Shown here one piece after another: positions 45,394 to 55,133 of a DNA stretch of 64,000 nucleotides. Both the position numbers and the translations under genes were made by a program. Origin of the DNA: Chloroflexota bacterium (GTDB lineage Bacteria > Chloroflexota > Dehalococcoidia > CAUJGQ01); the NCBI GenBank assembly GCA_963170165.1, contig CAUJGQ010000026.1, forward strand, positions 1,758 through 65,757, in the 5' to 3' direction. Below the pieces are notes generated by a model. It saw only the letters and a program-made list of their open reading frames with translations. It did not search any database and was not told the origin of the DNA. Numbering within the stretch: position 1 is the stretch's first letter; every line of letters starts with the position of its first letter.

Positions 45394-46386
45394 GTGATGG
45401 AGCATACTGACGACGCCGGTCACGTGATCGAGGCGTATCTGCTGCGATTGCAGGCGGAGCGCAACCCGTCGCCACTGACGCTGCGCAACTACGGCGCCGA
45501 CCTGTGCCACTTCGCTGCCTGGCTGACGGCCGAGGGGCTGGCACTGACCACCGTGGACCGGCGCAGTTTTCGCCGGTATCTGGCTGCGCTCGACAGCGCC
45601 GGCACCGCCCGCGCCAGCATCGCCCGTAAGGTGAGCACCATTCACACCTTCTACCGCCGCCTGCGTGAGCGCGGACTGATCGACGGCGACCCCTTGCACG
45701 GTGTCCGGCCGCCGAAACAAGAACGTCGCCTGCCGAAGATCCTCGCTGAGCCTGCCGTCGAAGCGTTGCTGGAGGTGCCCGATGCAGAGAAGCCCTTGGG
45801 CTTGCGAGACCGCGCCATCGCGGAGCTGCTCTACGCCTCTGGCTTGCGGGTGAGCGAGCTGGTGGGGCTGAATATCCGCGATGCGGACCAGGACACTGGG
45901 TTGCTGCGCGTGACGGGCAAGGGCAACAAACAGCGTGTCGTGCTGTTCGGCGCCCCGGCTGCACGGGCGCTGCGTGCCTACCTCCGGAACGGCCGTCCCG
46001 CGCTGGCTTCCGGCCGTGCTGAGGCAGCACTGTTTCTCAACCGCGACGGCGGACGGCTGTCGGCCCGTGCCGTGCAGCGGATGGTGCAGCAACTTGGCCA
46101 GGCCGCCGGGGTCAACGGCGTCGTCTACCCGCACCTTTTGCGCCACAGCTTCGCCACCCATATGCTGGACGGCGGCGCCGATGTGCGTGTGGTCCAGGAA
46201 CTGCTTGGCCATGCTAAGGCCAGCACCACGCAGATCTACACCCACGTCACTGAGGCGCGTCAACGCGCGGTGTACGACCGAGCCTTCTTCGACGCCTGGC
46301 GGCCGCGCGGCGCCGGCTTCGGAGTTACCGACCAGGAGGATGGGGAGGGGACGGGCCGGGACAGGCACGGGCCTGCGTCCGGCTAG
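45394..46386 (+). CDS. xerC: Tyrosine recombinase XerC/XerD
   Basis: Catalytic R...HxxR...Y region present (LLRHSFATHML ... IYTHV). Confidence 0.85.
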   Translation: MMEHTDDAGHVIEAYLLRLQAERNPSPLTLRNYGADLCHFAAWLTAEGLALTTVDRRSFRRYLAALDSAGTARASIARKVSTIHTFYRRLRERGLIDGDPLHGVRPPKQERRLPKILAEPAVEALLEVPDAEKPLGLRDRAIAELLYASGLRVSELVGLNIRDADQDTGLLRVTGKGNKQRVVLFGAPAARALRAYLRNGRPALASGRAEAALFLNRDGGRLSARAVQRMVQQLGQAAGVNGVVYPHLLRHSFATHMLDGGADVRVVQELLGHAKASTTQIYTHVTEARQRAVYDRAFFDAWRPRGAGFGVTDQEDGEGTGRDRHGPASG

Positions 46387-46410
46387 GCGATCCCCGGGCC
46401 CCAAGCCGCC

Positions 46411-46863
46411 ATGCGCCTGCTGCTGATCAACGGCCCCAATCTGAATATGCTCGGTACGCGCCAGCCGGAGATCTACGGCCGCACCACGCTGGCCGGCATT
46501 GAACAGGCCGTATGCGCCCGTGGGAGCGAGCTGGGCGTCGAGGTCCGTTGCTTCCAGTCCAACCATGAAGGCGCGCTGATTGACTGGATCCAGAACGAGC
46601 AGGCAGCAGCAGCGGCGATCCTAATCAACGCCGGTGGGTTCACCCACACCAGTGTTGCTCTGCGCGACGCCCTGGCCGGGAGCGGGCTACCGGTGTTCGA
46701 GATTCACATCTCCAACATCCACGCCCGCGAGGAGTTCCGCCATCGCTCGCTCATCGCGGCGGTCGCCCGGGCGCAGGTCAGCGGGTTGGGCTGGCGCGGC
46801 TATGTGGCGACGCTTGATGCCGCCGTTGCCCTGCTGCGGGAGGAGTCCGGCGGCACCGCCTAG
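46411..46863 (+). CDS. aroQ: 3-dehydroquinate dehydratase, type II
   Basis: LLINGPNLNMLGTRQPEIYG ... HISNIHARE. Confidence 0.9.
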   Translation: MRLLLINGPNLNMLGTRQPEIYGRTTLAGIEQAVCARGSELGVEVRCFQSNHEGALIDWIQNEQAAAAAILINAGGFTHTSVALRDALAGSGLPVFEIHISNIHAREEFRHRSLIAAVARAQVSGLGWRGYVATLDAAVALLREESGGTA

Positions 46864-46877
46864 CACCGCGCAAGGAG

Positions 46878-47966
46878 ATGACTATGTCTCACCGGCTGGA
46901 CCGCGTGCGGGCAGCGCTCGCCGAGCAGCGGCTCGATGGCCTGCTCGTGTCCGATGGCTTCAACCGGCGCTACCTCTCCGGCTTCACCGGCTCGGCGGGG
47001 ATGCTCGCCATTGCCCCAGCGGCCGCGCGGCTTGCCACGGACTTCCGCTATTGGGAGCAGGCGGAGAGCCAGGCTGCCGGTTTCGAGGTGATCCACGCCC
47101 CGCGCGATCCGGGCGAATGGTTCCGGGTGTTGGTAGCGCCTTTTGGGGGCCGGCGGCTAGGCTTTGAGGCGGAGCATGTCTCCGTCGCCCAGCTTGGTCG
47201 CTGGCGCGAGTACCTGGAGGCAGCTCCTTCCGGCCAGCGCCCAGAGCTGGTTCCGGTCTCCGGCCTGGTTGAGGCGCTGCGGGCAATCAAATCGCCCGAT
47301 GAACTAGCGTCCCTGACCCAGGCAGTCGCGCTTGGCGACGCCGCCTTTGCCGATGTGGCGGCGCGAATCCGCCCCGGCTGGAGCGAGCGTCAGGTAGCGT
47401 GGGAGGTCGAGCGACACATCCGCGAACACGGTGGTGACGGGATCAGCTTCTCCACCATCGTGGCCGGCGGCGCATGGGGTGCGATGGCGCATGCGCGCCC
47501 GCGCGACGTGCCATTGCGCGATGGCGAGGGCGTCGTTATCGACATGGGCGCGCTCGCCGCCGGTTACTGTTCCGACATGACCCGAACGATCTATCTGGGT
47601 GAGCCGGACCCCAAATTCCGGGAGATCTACGACATTGTGCTCACCGCGCAGCTGGCCGCCGAGGAGATCATCGAGACCGGCATGGGCGAGGACACCGCCC
47701 ACGAGATCGCGCACCGTGTGATCCGTGAGGCAGGCTACGGCGATGCCTTTGGCCACGGACTCGGGCACGGCATCGGCTTGCAGGTACATGAAGCGCCGTG
47801 GCTGCGCCCGACCTCGAGCGCGCCGCTGCGCGAAGGTATGGTGTTCTCGATTGAGCCGGGGATCTACATCCCCGGCTGGGGCGGGGTGCGCATCGAGGAT
47901 CTGGTCGTGCTGGAAGACGGGCACTGCCGGGTGCTCACCCGCTCGCCCAAGCTTCTGGCCGGGTAG
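46878..47966 (+). CDS. pepP: Xaa-Pro aminopeptidase (M24B)
   Basis: Creatinase N-domain plus M24 metal ligands (DMGA...GYCSDMTRT ... HGLGHGIGLQVHE ... FSIEPG). Confidence 0.85.
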   Translation: MTMSHRLDRVRAALAEQRLDGLLVSDGFNRRYLSGFTGSAGMLAIAPAAARLATDFRYWEQAESQAAGFEVIHAPRDPGEWFRVLVAPFGGRRLGFEAEHVSVAQLGRWREYLEAAPSGQRPELVPVSGLVEALRAIKSPDELASLTQAVALGDAAFADVAARIRPGWSERQVAWEVERHIREHGGDGISFSTIVAGGAWGAMAHARPRDVPLRDGEGVVIDMGALAAGYCSDMTRTIYLGEPDPKFREIYDIVLTAQLAAEEIIETGMGEDTAHEIAHRVIREAGYGDAFGHGLGHGIGLQVHEAPWLRPTSSAPLREGMVFSIEPGIYIPGWGGVRIEDLVVLEDGHCRVLTRSPKLLAG

Positions 47967-48059
47967 CGGCACGGTGCTGGTCCATCTGGCAGAAACGCCG
48001 GTATACACTACGCGCATAGGGCCGGGGCGCAGCCTGCGCCGCCGGGTGAGGAGCACAAC

Positions 48060-48617
48060 ATGATCGGCGTAACCGAGGCCCGTAAGGGCGTCACCATCGA
48101 GCTAGATGGCATTCTGTACACCGTGCTGAACTACGAGCACATCAAGATGGGCCGCGGCAGCGCCCAGATCCGCCTGCGGCTCAAGGATGTGCGTGCCGGC
48201 CACACCGTCGAGCGCACCTTCAACGCCGGAGAGAAGCTGCCCCGCGCGCGACTCGATCGCCACCCTATGCAGTTCATGTACTCGGATGGCGAGTTCTTCC
48301 ACTTCATGAACACCGAGACGTACGAGCAGATGCAGCTCAGCCCCGATCAGGTGGGAGACGCCGCCGATTACCTGATCGAGAACGGGAACTGCGAGATCCT
48401 CACCTACGGAGACGCGCCTATCGGCGTCGAGCTGCCGACATCGGTCGTGCTGGCCGTTACCCGCACCGACCCCGGTTTCAAGGGGGACACTGCCACCGGC
48501 GGCACCAAGCCGGCAACGATGGAAACGGGTCTGGTCGTCAACGTGCCCTTGTTCGTTAACGAGGGCGACAAGCTGCAAATCGACACCCGTACCGGCGCCT
48601 ACATCGCCCGCGCGTGA
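48060..48617 (+). CDS. efp: Elongation factor P
   Basis: 185 aa; EF-P signature KGVTIELDG...HIKMGRGSAQIRLRLKD; GAGGAG RBS. Confidence 0.95.
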   Translation: MIGVTEARKGVTIELDGILYTVLNYEHIKMGRGSAQIRLRLKDVRAGHTVERTFNAGEKLPRARLDRHPMQFMYSDGEFFHFMNTETYEQMQLSPDQVGDAADYLIENGNCEILTYGDAPIGVELPTSVVLAVTRTDPGFKGDTATGGTKPATMETGLVVNVPLFVNEGDKLQIDTRTGAYIARA

Positions 48618-48639
48618 CTGCCCTTCTGGTAGGAGCACG

Positions 48640-49824
48640 ATGAACGTCGTCCCCGTCTCAGACCTGTGCTTCATGCTGCGCGAAACCCTGGAAGGTGATC
48701 CGCGCTTCTCAGACGTATGGGTAGCGGGTGAGATCTCCAACCTCTCGCGGCCCTCCTCCGGCCATATCTACTTCACCCTCAAGGACAGCGACGGGCAGAT
48801 CCGCGCCGCCTTCTTCCGGCGAGAGAACGCCCGCTCCCGCGCGGTGCTGGAAAACGGTGGACAAATCGTCGCCCATGGCCGGGTCTCGTTCTACGAAGCG
48901 CGGGGAGATATTCAGCTTTACGTTGACTTCGTGCACGAGCAGGGCGCTGGGTTGCTAAACCTCGAATTCGAGCGCCTCAAGGAGCGGCTGGCAGAGGAGG
49001 GCTTATTCGACGAGTCCCGCAAACGGCCACTGCCGCCGTTCCCGCGCCGGGTAGGGCTGGTGACCTCGCCGGACGGAGCGGTATTTCACGACATCTGCTC
49101 CATCCTGCGCCGACGCTGGCCACTGGTGGAGGTGATCCTAGCCCCGACGCAGGTCCAGGGCGACGGCGCCGCTACCGGGGTCTGTGGGGCGATTGCCGGC
49201 CTGTGCGCCATCCCCGAGGTAGACGTGATCATTCTCGCCCGCGGCGGCGGCTCATTGGAGGATCTGTGGACCTTCAACGATGAACAGGTTGCCCGCGCCA
49301 TCTTCGGGGCCAAGGTACCGGTCATCTCCGCCATCGGCCACGAGACTGACTACACCATTGCGGATTATGTCGCGGACCTGCGCGCTCCCACCCCATCGGC
49401 AGCCGCCGAACTGCTGACGCCGGACCAGGCCGAGATGAACGCACTAGTCCGTGGCCTGACCCAATCACTGGCCGTGCTACTGGCAGACCAGCTGCGCGAG
49501 ACCCGCAGCGGGTTAGAGCGGGCCCGTGAGACACTGCAACGCGGCTGCCCGGATGTGACGGCGCACCGGCGACGGGTAGATGAACAGGCCCGCTGGGCGG
49601 CCGAGTTTGCGCGCCGGGCTGTGCGCGGCCGGCTGGCGCTGCTGGGTGGCCGCTACGGCCAGCTGCACGCCCTCAGCCCGCTCAGCACGCTGGCGCGCGG
49701 CTACGCGGTCATACGGCTCGCGCCTGATGGGCCCGTAGTCACCAGCACGGGCATGGTGCGGGCGGGCGAGCTGCTCCGCGTCTCGGTGGCTGATGGCGAG
49801 TTCCAGGCCACCGTGATAGAGTAG
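48640..49824 (+). CDS. xseA: Exodeoxyribonuclease VII large subunit
   Basis: OB-fold N-terminus (VWVAGEISNLSRPSSGHIYFTLKD) and catalytic domain (ILARGGGSLEDLW). Confidence 0.9.
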   Translation: MNVVPVSDLCFMLRETLEGDPRFSDVWVAGEISNLSRPSSGHIYFTLKDSDGQIRAAFFRRENARSRAVLENGGQIVAHGRVSFYEARGDIQLYVDFVHEQGAGLLNLEFERLKERLAEEGLFDESRKRPLPPFPRRVGLVTSPDGAVFHDICSILRRRWPLVEVILAPTQVQGDGAATGVCGAIAGLCAIPEVDVIILARGGGSLEDLWTFNDEQVARAIFGAKVPVISAIGHETDYTIADYVADLRAPTPSAAAELLTPDQAEMNALVRGLTQSLAVLLADQLRETRSGLERARETLQRGCPDVTAHRRRVDEQARWAAEFARRAVRGRLALLGGRYGQLHALSPLSTLARGYAVIRLAPDGPVVTSTGMVRAGELLRVSVADGEFQATVIE

Positions 49825-49829
49825 CCGTC

Positions 49830-50066
49830 GTGGCGCTGCCGCTGATCCCGCCCGGCTGGATGGCCCCAATGGACTCCTTCGAGCGCGTCTACGGTGAGCT
49901 AGAGGAAACGGTGCGCCTGCTTGATGCCGGTGGGCAGACCCTTGATGAGGCAATTGCCCTCTACGAGAAAGGCATGTCCTTGGCAAAGCGCTGCCAGGAC
50001 CTGCTAGACGCGGCGGAACTACGCATCATCACACTGCAGCAGGCTGCTACCGGATCTGCCGGATGA
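49830..50066 (+). CDS. xseB: Exodeoxyribonuclease VII small subunit
   Basis: SFERVYGELEETVRLLDAGGQTLDEAIALYEKGMSLAKRCQ. Start uncertain (GTG 49830, ATG 49860 or 49869). Confidence 0.75.
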   Translation: MALPLIPPGWMAPMDSFERVYGELEETVRLLDAGGQTLDEAIALYEKGMSLAKRCQDLLDAAELRIITLQQAATGSAG

Positions 50067-50797
50067 CCGCCCGCTCTACATCGGCGCCAACCGCCGGCAC
50101 CGGAGCGCCGCCGCGCGCGCGAACGCTACGTGCCGACCTTCACGCTCACACCCATTTCTCCCGGGACGGGTTCACCTCACCCGAGCGCTTCGTCAAAACA
50201 TACGTCAAGCGCGGCATCGACTGCGTCGCGGTCTCGGACCATAACAACATGGACGGCGCCTTCGCGGTCGCCACGCTTGCGCCATTCCGTGTGATCTTGT
50301 CAGAGGAAGTGAAATCCTCCGAAGGGGAGATCATCGGCTGGTTTCTGCGAGAGCCCATCGCCAAAGGTATGACGCCCGAGGACACGGTGCGTGCCATCAG
50401 GGCACAGGGCGGGCTCGTGTGCGTTCCCCATCCGTTCGACCGGCTGCGGCGATCGCCTCTGGCCACCAGCGCGTTGTTGCGCATCCTCCCCGAGGTTGAC
50501 GCCGTAGAGGCATTCAACGCCCGCACGACGCTGCGTAGCGACATCCGCCGCTCGGCCGCGTTCGTGCGGGAGCATGGCAAGATCCCGAGCGCGGGCAGCG
50601 ATGCCCACTGGCATCCGGAAATCGGCGGCGCCTGGGTGGAGATGCCGCCGTTCGAAGGTGCGGCGGATTTCCTCGATGCCCTGCGCGCCGGCCGGATTCA
50701 CGGCGAGATCGCAAGCCCGCTGGTGCACATCATCAGCACGCTCGCCAAGATACGATATCGCCTGGGGATGGGGCCGGCCCGCGCGCGCCGCGCCTGA
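50063..50797 (+). CDS. PHP-domain metal-dependent phosphoesterase
   Basis: ADLHAHTHFSRDG N-terminal PHP motif, later SDHNN and GSDAHW; ATGA overlap with the xseB stop. Confidence 0.75.
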   Translation: MTARSTSAPTAGTGAPPRARTLRADLHAHTHFSRDGFTSPERFVKTYVKRGIDCVAVSDHNNMDGAFAVATLAPFRVILSEEVKSSEGEIIGWFLREPIAKGMTPEDTVRAIRAQGGLVCVPHPFDRLRRSPLATSALLRILPEVDAVEAFNARTTLRSDIRRSAAFVREHGKIPSAGSDAHWHPEIGGAWVEMPPFEGAADFLDALRAGRIHGEIASPLVHIISTLAKIRYRLGMGPARARRA

Positions 50798-50809
50798 GCG
50801 GAGCGACGC

Positions 50810-51232
50810 ATGGACGAACTGACGTTGGTCCCTCGGCTGGTGGCCGCGTTCGCGATCGGCACCGCCCTTGGTCTGGAGCGGGAACGGCGCGGCAAGCCGG
50901 CAGGCCTGCGCACCCACGTCTTAGTTGCCGTCGCATCCGCACTGCTGATGTCGCTGTCTGAGCTGATGCGCGCCGGCCTGCCAGACGCGGCGGGAGATCC
51001 GGTGCGCATGGCTCAGGGTGTACTGGCTGGTATCGGCTTCATCGGCGCCGGCACGATTCTCCGGCAGGAAGAGCACATCACTGGCATCACAACAGCGGGC
51101 ACGATCTGGATGGCGGCGTCGCTGGGACTGGTAGCCGGTGCAGGATTCTACATTCTCGCAGTGGCCGGCACCGTGTTATCGGTGCTCGCCATCGTCGCGC
51201 TGGGATGGCTTGACCGATGGCTGAACCTGTGA
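50810..51232 (+). CDS. MgtC/SapB-family membrane protein
   Basis: 140 aa; conserved ALGLERE...LRTHVLVAVASAL...GVLAGIGFIGAG. Confidence 0.8.
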   Translation: MDELTLVPRLVAAFAIGTALGLERERRGKPAGLRTHVLVAVASALLMSLSELMRAGLPDAAGDPVRMAQGVLAGIGFIGAGTILRQEEHITGITTAGTIWMAASLGLVAGAGFYILAVAGTVLSVLAIVALGWLDRWLNL

Positions 51233-52056
51233 CGGCGCTCCGCATCGGCTGGTACTCCACCGGAAGGGGGCCAGGATCTCGCGCACTGCTGTCGGCGGCG
51301 TTGGCTGCCATCCGCGACGGCAGCCTGCCGGCCGAGATCACCTACGTGTTCTGCAACCGTGATCGCGGCCAGGACCCCAACACCGACGCGTTCCTCGACC
51401 TGGTCAAAGCCGCCGGTCTGCCGGCCATCACGCTGTCAGACCGTGCCTTTCGCCGGGCACGCGGCGCGCCGCCGGCCCGCCTGGGGGAGCCGCTACCCGC
51501 CTGGCGCGCCGCCTACGACCAAGAGATGCTCTCGCTGACCGCCGGTTACCCGGTGGATGTGTGCATGCTGGCCGGCTACATGCTGATCTTGTGGCCGGAG
51601 ACGACCACCGTGCGACCGTTTCTCAATCTTCATCCAGCAGCGCCCGGCGGTCCCAAGGGCATGTGGCAGGATGTCATCTGGCAGTTGATTGCTGAACAGG
51701 CGGAAGAAACGGGCGCGATGGTTCAGGTTGCCACACCGGATCTGGACGAGGGCCCGGTGGTGGCCTACTGCCGCTTTCCCATCCGTGGCGCCGCATTTGA
51801 CTCGCTTTGGCCGGCAGCATCCGGCCGCCTTGTAGAGGGGCTGCGCGAGGTCGAGGGTGAAAACCTGCCGCTGTTCCGGGCGATCCGCATGCACGGCGCC
51901 GCCCGCGAGCAACCGTTGGTGATTCGCACCCTGGCGGCCATCGCCACCGGCCGGGTGCGCGTCCGCCCGGGTGAAGTGACCGACGCGGCGGGCAAGCCGG
52001 CCGTCGGGCTCGACCTCAGCACCGAGGTCGATGCCATCGCCGGCATGCCTGGTTAA
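51217..52056 (+). CDS. Formyltransferase-family protein (PurN-like fold)
   Basis: LNLHPAAPGGPKG resembles the PurN/Fmt LNxHPSLLP motif; N-terminal Rossmann-like region. 16-nt overlap with the mgtC gene. Confidence 0.55.
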   Translation: MAEPVTALRIGWYSTGRGPGSRALLSAALAAIRDGSLPAEITYVFCNRDRGQDPNTDAFLDLVKAAGLPAITLSDRAFRRARGAPPARLGEPLPAWRAAYDQEMLSLTAGYPVDVCMLAGYMLILWPETTTVRPFLNLHPAAPGGPKGMWQDVIWQLIAEQAEETGAMVQVATPDLDEGPVVAYCRFPIRGAAFDSLWPAASGRLVEGLREVEGENLPLFRAIRMHGAAREQPLVIRTLAAIATGRVRVRPGEVTDAAGKPAVGLDLSTEVDAIAGMPG

Positions 52057-52138
52057 CCCGCGACTGATGGTGGTACGGCCGCACCAGCGATCCTCTGCTA
52101 TACTGCGACCTGCACCCCGTCGGGGGAGGGACCGCCTG

Positions 52139-52477
52139 ATGCGTTGCCACGCTTGTGACATCGCGCTGGACACCGGCGACAACTACTGCCGCCGGTGCGG
52201 GGCACCCGTTCGGGTGGTGGAACTGGTAACGACGACCGGCCACCGTGACGTTGTTACCGTCGGTCCCAGTGCGCCGGCGCTCTTGGCGGTCGCCGCTCGC
52301 CCAATCGCCGCCGGCGCAGTCACAGTCGCGGCCGGGGCGCTGGTGCGCTATGCGCTGCGCCGGGCAGTGCGCGGCCGCAACGCAGCGCCGGCGCGCGCCC
52401 TCTCCCGGTCAACCCCGCCGCCATCCACGACCACCGTCACTGAGGTGTTCTGGTACCGGCGTGTTAGCCGCGGGTAG
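52139..52477 (+). CDS. Zinc-ribbon-domain small protein, hypothetical
   Basis: MRCHACDIALDTGDNYCRRCGAP (CxxC-N11-CxxC); GGGGGAGGG RBS 8 nt upstream; hydrophobic Ala/Val stretch follows. Confidence 0.45.
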   Translation: MRCHACDIALDTGDNYCRRCGAPVRVVELVTTTGHRDVVTVGPSAPALLAVAARPIAAGAVTVAAGALVRYALRRAVRGRNAAPARALSRSTPPPSTTTVTEVFWYRRVSRG

Positions 52478-52578
52478 TCTGCCCTGGGGCGCAGCAGATG
52501 CCTGCTAGCGACCCCACCGGTCGCGGCGGTCGCGGCTCGGAGAGTTCCACACCGCAACACACGGGCAGGAGGCAATCG

Positions 52579-53667
52579 GTGAGCGAGCGCCTGCAGAAGC
52601 TGCTGGCCGGCGCCGGTATCGCCTCGCGCCGTGCCGCCGAGCAACTCATCCTAGCGGGACGCGTCACCGTCAACGGCAGGCTCGTGCGCGAACTCGGCGT
52701 GCGCGCCGATCCTGAGCGCGACGACATCCGCCTGGACGGGCGGCCGGTACAGCGCCCCGCGACGCACACCTACCTGATGATGCACAAGCCGGCGGGCTTC
52801 ACCTCGACCGCTGCCGACCCACACGCCTCCCGCACGGTTATGCACCTGCTGCCGAAGGGCACCCCACGGGTCTACCCGGTCGGCCGGCTGGATCGGGATA
52901 GCGAAGGGCTGCTGCTGTTCACTGACGACGGCGCACTCGCGCAACGGCTAACACATCCTCGGTATCACCTCCCACGCGAGTACGGCGTCCTGGTTCGCGG
53001 GGAGGTCGACGGCCGTGTCCTCCAGCGACTGCGCGCAGGTGTGGTGATCGATGGACGCCGCGCCGTCCCCGTTGAAGTTGATCCAGCAGAACCGCCGCCC
53101 GGCTTTGGCAGCGGACCGGCGGAGCCGGACGCACCGGTCGCCCGCCGTGCCCGAGCGCTACAGGCAGACGTACCAGAGCTGTGGTTGCGGTTCGTGCTGC
53201 ATGAGGGCCGTAAGCGGCAGATCCGGATCACCTGTGAGCAGGCGGGCCTGGAGGTGCGGCGGCTGGTGCGCATCAGCATGGGACCGGTGTCACTGGGCTC
53301 CCTCGCCGCCGGGCTGGTGCGGCCACTGCGCAAACCCGAGCTGGCGGCGCTGCGGCGGGCAACCGGTCTGCCCGACCCTCTGGCCGGCGAGGGGGAGCGC
53401 CCACCAGCCGCACGGCGGCCGGTTCTGCCGGCGGCCGCCCCGGCTCGGCGTCGACCCACGCATCAGCCACCACCGCCGGCCACCACCGGTCGTGCCACCG
53501 CGCGCCGCAGGCCTGCCCAAGGAGCGGGCACTGCGCCCAGCCAAACGCAGATCGAGCGGGGTCGCGTGCCATCCCGTTCCAGCACCGGCCGTCAACGTAC
53601 CGCCTCGTCACCGCCGGCGGCCGCCCGGCCCGCGTCCCGACGTCGCGCACGGGGCAAGGGCACGTAG
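52579..53667 (+). CDS. rluB: Pseudouridine synthase RluB/RsuA family with Arg/Pro-rich C-terminal tail
   Basis: S4 domain (RLQKLLAGAGIASRRAAEQLI) and catalytic core (YPVGRLDRDSEGLLLFTDDG); GTG 52579 with GGAGG RBS. Confidence 0.85.
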   Translation: MSERLQKLLAGAGIASRRAAEQLILAGRVTVNGRLVRELGVRADPERDDIRLDGRPVQRPATHTYLMMHKPAGFTSTAADPHASRTVMHLLPKGTPRVYPVGRLDRDSEGLLLFTDDGALAQRLTHPRYHLPREYGVLVRGEVDGRVLQRLRAGVVIDGRRAVPVEVDPAEPPPGFGSGPAEPDAPVARRARALQADVPELWLRFVLHEGRKRQIRITCEQAGLEVRRLVRISMGPVSLGSLAAGLVRPLRKPELAALRRATGLPDPLAGEGERPPAARRPVLPAAAPARRRPTHQPPPPATTGRATARRRPAQGAGTAPSQTQIERGRVPSRSSTGRQRTASSPPAAARPASRRRARGKGT

Positions 53668-53730
53668 CCGGGGCCGCCTGCCGCTATACTGGAAGCCGAA
53701 GCACCAGATTGGGGCAGCCTGCGCCGGCCC

Positions 53731-54420
53731 GTGTTGGGAGCAACCGCCGTCCGAATCGCGATTGATGGCCCCGCCGCATCCGGCAAGAGCGCCGTTGGCA
53801 GCCGTGTCGCCGCGGTGCTGGGCCTGCCATTTGTCGATACCGGCGCCATGTATCGCGCCATCACCTGGCTGGCACTCCGCCGCCACGTGCCGCTCGACGA
53901 TACCGCCGCACTCAGCGCATTGACGCGCGCGGCGCCGATTGCGGTAGCCCCACCGGCAGCCGGGAGCGGCGAGGCAGCTACCATCCGGATCGGCGGTGAA
54001 GACGCCACGCCGCACCTGCGCGCCCCGGACGTGGAAAGGGCCGTATCGATCGTCTCGGCCGTGCCTGCGGTCCGGTCGGTGATGGTAGAATTACAGCGGC
54101 GGGTGGCCGGGCACGCGATCGTCATGGCCGGGCGTGACATCGGTACCGTGGTGCTGCCGAACGCCGAGGTCAAGGTATACCTGGATGCCTCCGCCGCGGT
54201 CCGGGCGCGACGGCGGATGCCGGACCTGACGGCACGAGGCGAGCCGGCCGTATTCGAGGATGTGCTAGCGGGCCTGATCCGCCGCGATGAGCTGGACAGC
54301 AGCCGCAGTGTCGCCCCGCTGCGCCCGGCGGCGGACGCGGTCGTGATCAACACGGATCAGCTCAGCATTGACCAGGTGGTGGCGCGCGTGGTGGCGCTCG
54401 CCCGCAAGTGGCAGGACTAG
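53731..54420 (+). CDS. cmk: Cytidylate kinase
   Basis: IAIDGPAASGKS P-loop; GRDIGTVV. Confidence 0.9.
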   Translation: MLGATAVRIAIDGPAASGKSAVGSRVAAVLGLPFVDTGAMYRAITWLALRRHVPLDDTAALSALTRAAPIAVAPPAAGSGEAATIRIGGEDATPHLRAPDVERAVSIVSAVPAVRSVMVELQRRVAGHAIVMAGRDIGTVVLPNAEVKVYLDASAAVRARRRMPDLTARGEPAVFEDVLAGLIRRDELDSSRSVAPLRPAADAVVINTDQLSIDQVVARVVALARKWQD

Positions 54421-54426
54421 GGCACG

Positions 54427-55128
54427 ATGATCGGTGAACGGCCGTTTTACTGGCTGATGACGCGGCTGACGCTGCTCCTGGTACGTATCGTTGGGCGATA
54501 CCATCTCGCCGGGCGGGAGCACGTTCCCGCAACGGGCGCCTTGCTGGTGGTGTCCAATCACCTCAATGTCGCCGATCCGCCAATCCTCGGCAGCGCCGTG
54601 CCCCGGCAACTGCACTTTATGGCCAAGATCGAGCTCTTCAACAAGAAGCCGTGGGGGTTCTTCGTCCGCTGGTTCGGCGCCTTTCCGGTGCGCCGGTTTG
54701 AGGCGGACCTGCAGGCGCTACGGGAAGCGCAGCGGCGGCTGGAGGCAGGCGAGGCGGTGGCAATGTTCCCCGAGGGCCATCGCACCCGTACCGGCGGATT
54801 GCAGGTACCCTACCCCGGCACTGCCCTGATTGCCTACCGCGCCAACGCCACCATCCTGCCCGTGGCGATCACCGGCACAGAGCGGGTGCGCTCGCCCAAG
54901 ATCCTGCTGCAGCAGCCGCGCATCCACATCGTGATCGGTGAGCCGTTCACGCTGTCGCGTCCCCGCCGCATCAACGGGGAGGCCGTCCGCGCCGGCAGCG
55001 ACGAGATCATGCACCGCATCGCGGCCCTGCTTCCGCCTGCCTATCGCGGCGTGTACGCCGACCCAGCAGCGCGCGTGGCCGCCGTGGCGAAGTCCGAGCT
55101 GCCCGCCGCCGACGGCACAGAAGGATAG
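54427..55128 (+). CDS. plsC: 1-acyl-sn-glycerol-3-phosphate acyltransferase
   Basis: VSNHLNVAD (HxxxxD) and FPEGHRTRTG motifs. Confidence 0.85.
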   Translation: MIGERPFYWLMTRLTLLLVRIVGRYHLAGREHVPATGALLVVSNHLNVADPPILGSAVPRQLHFMAKIELFNKKPWGFFVRWFGAFPVRRFEADLQALREAQRRLEAGEAVAMFPEGHRTRTGGLQVPYPGTALIAYRANATILPVAITGTERVRSPKILLQQPRIHIVIGEPFTLSRPRRINGEAVRAGSDEIMHRIAALLPPAYRGVYADPAARVAAVAKSELPAADGTEG

Positions 55129-55133
55129 GTCCA

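Noticed and set aside
44732-46566. Very long minus-strand ORFs (432 and 468 aa) antisense to topA/xerC/aroQ, plus similar antisense ORFs elsewhere (e.g. 6814-7665, 22106-23014, 58038-59288, 62982-63761)
   Set aside because: Typical high-GC antisense open frames: low-complexity Arg/Ala/Pro/Gly-rich translations that span two or more well-supported sense genes and resemble no known family.
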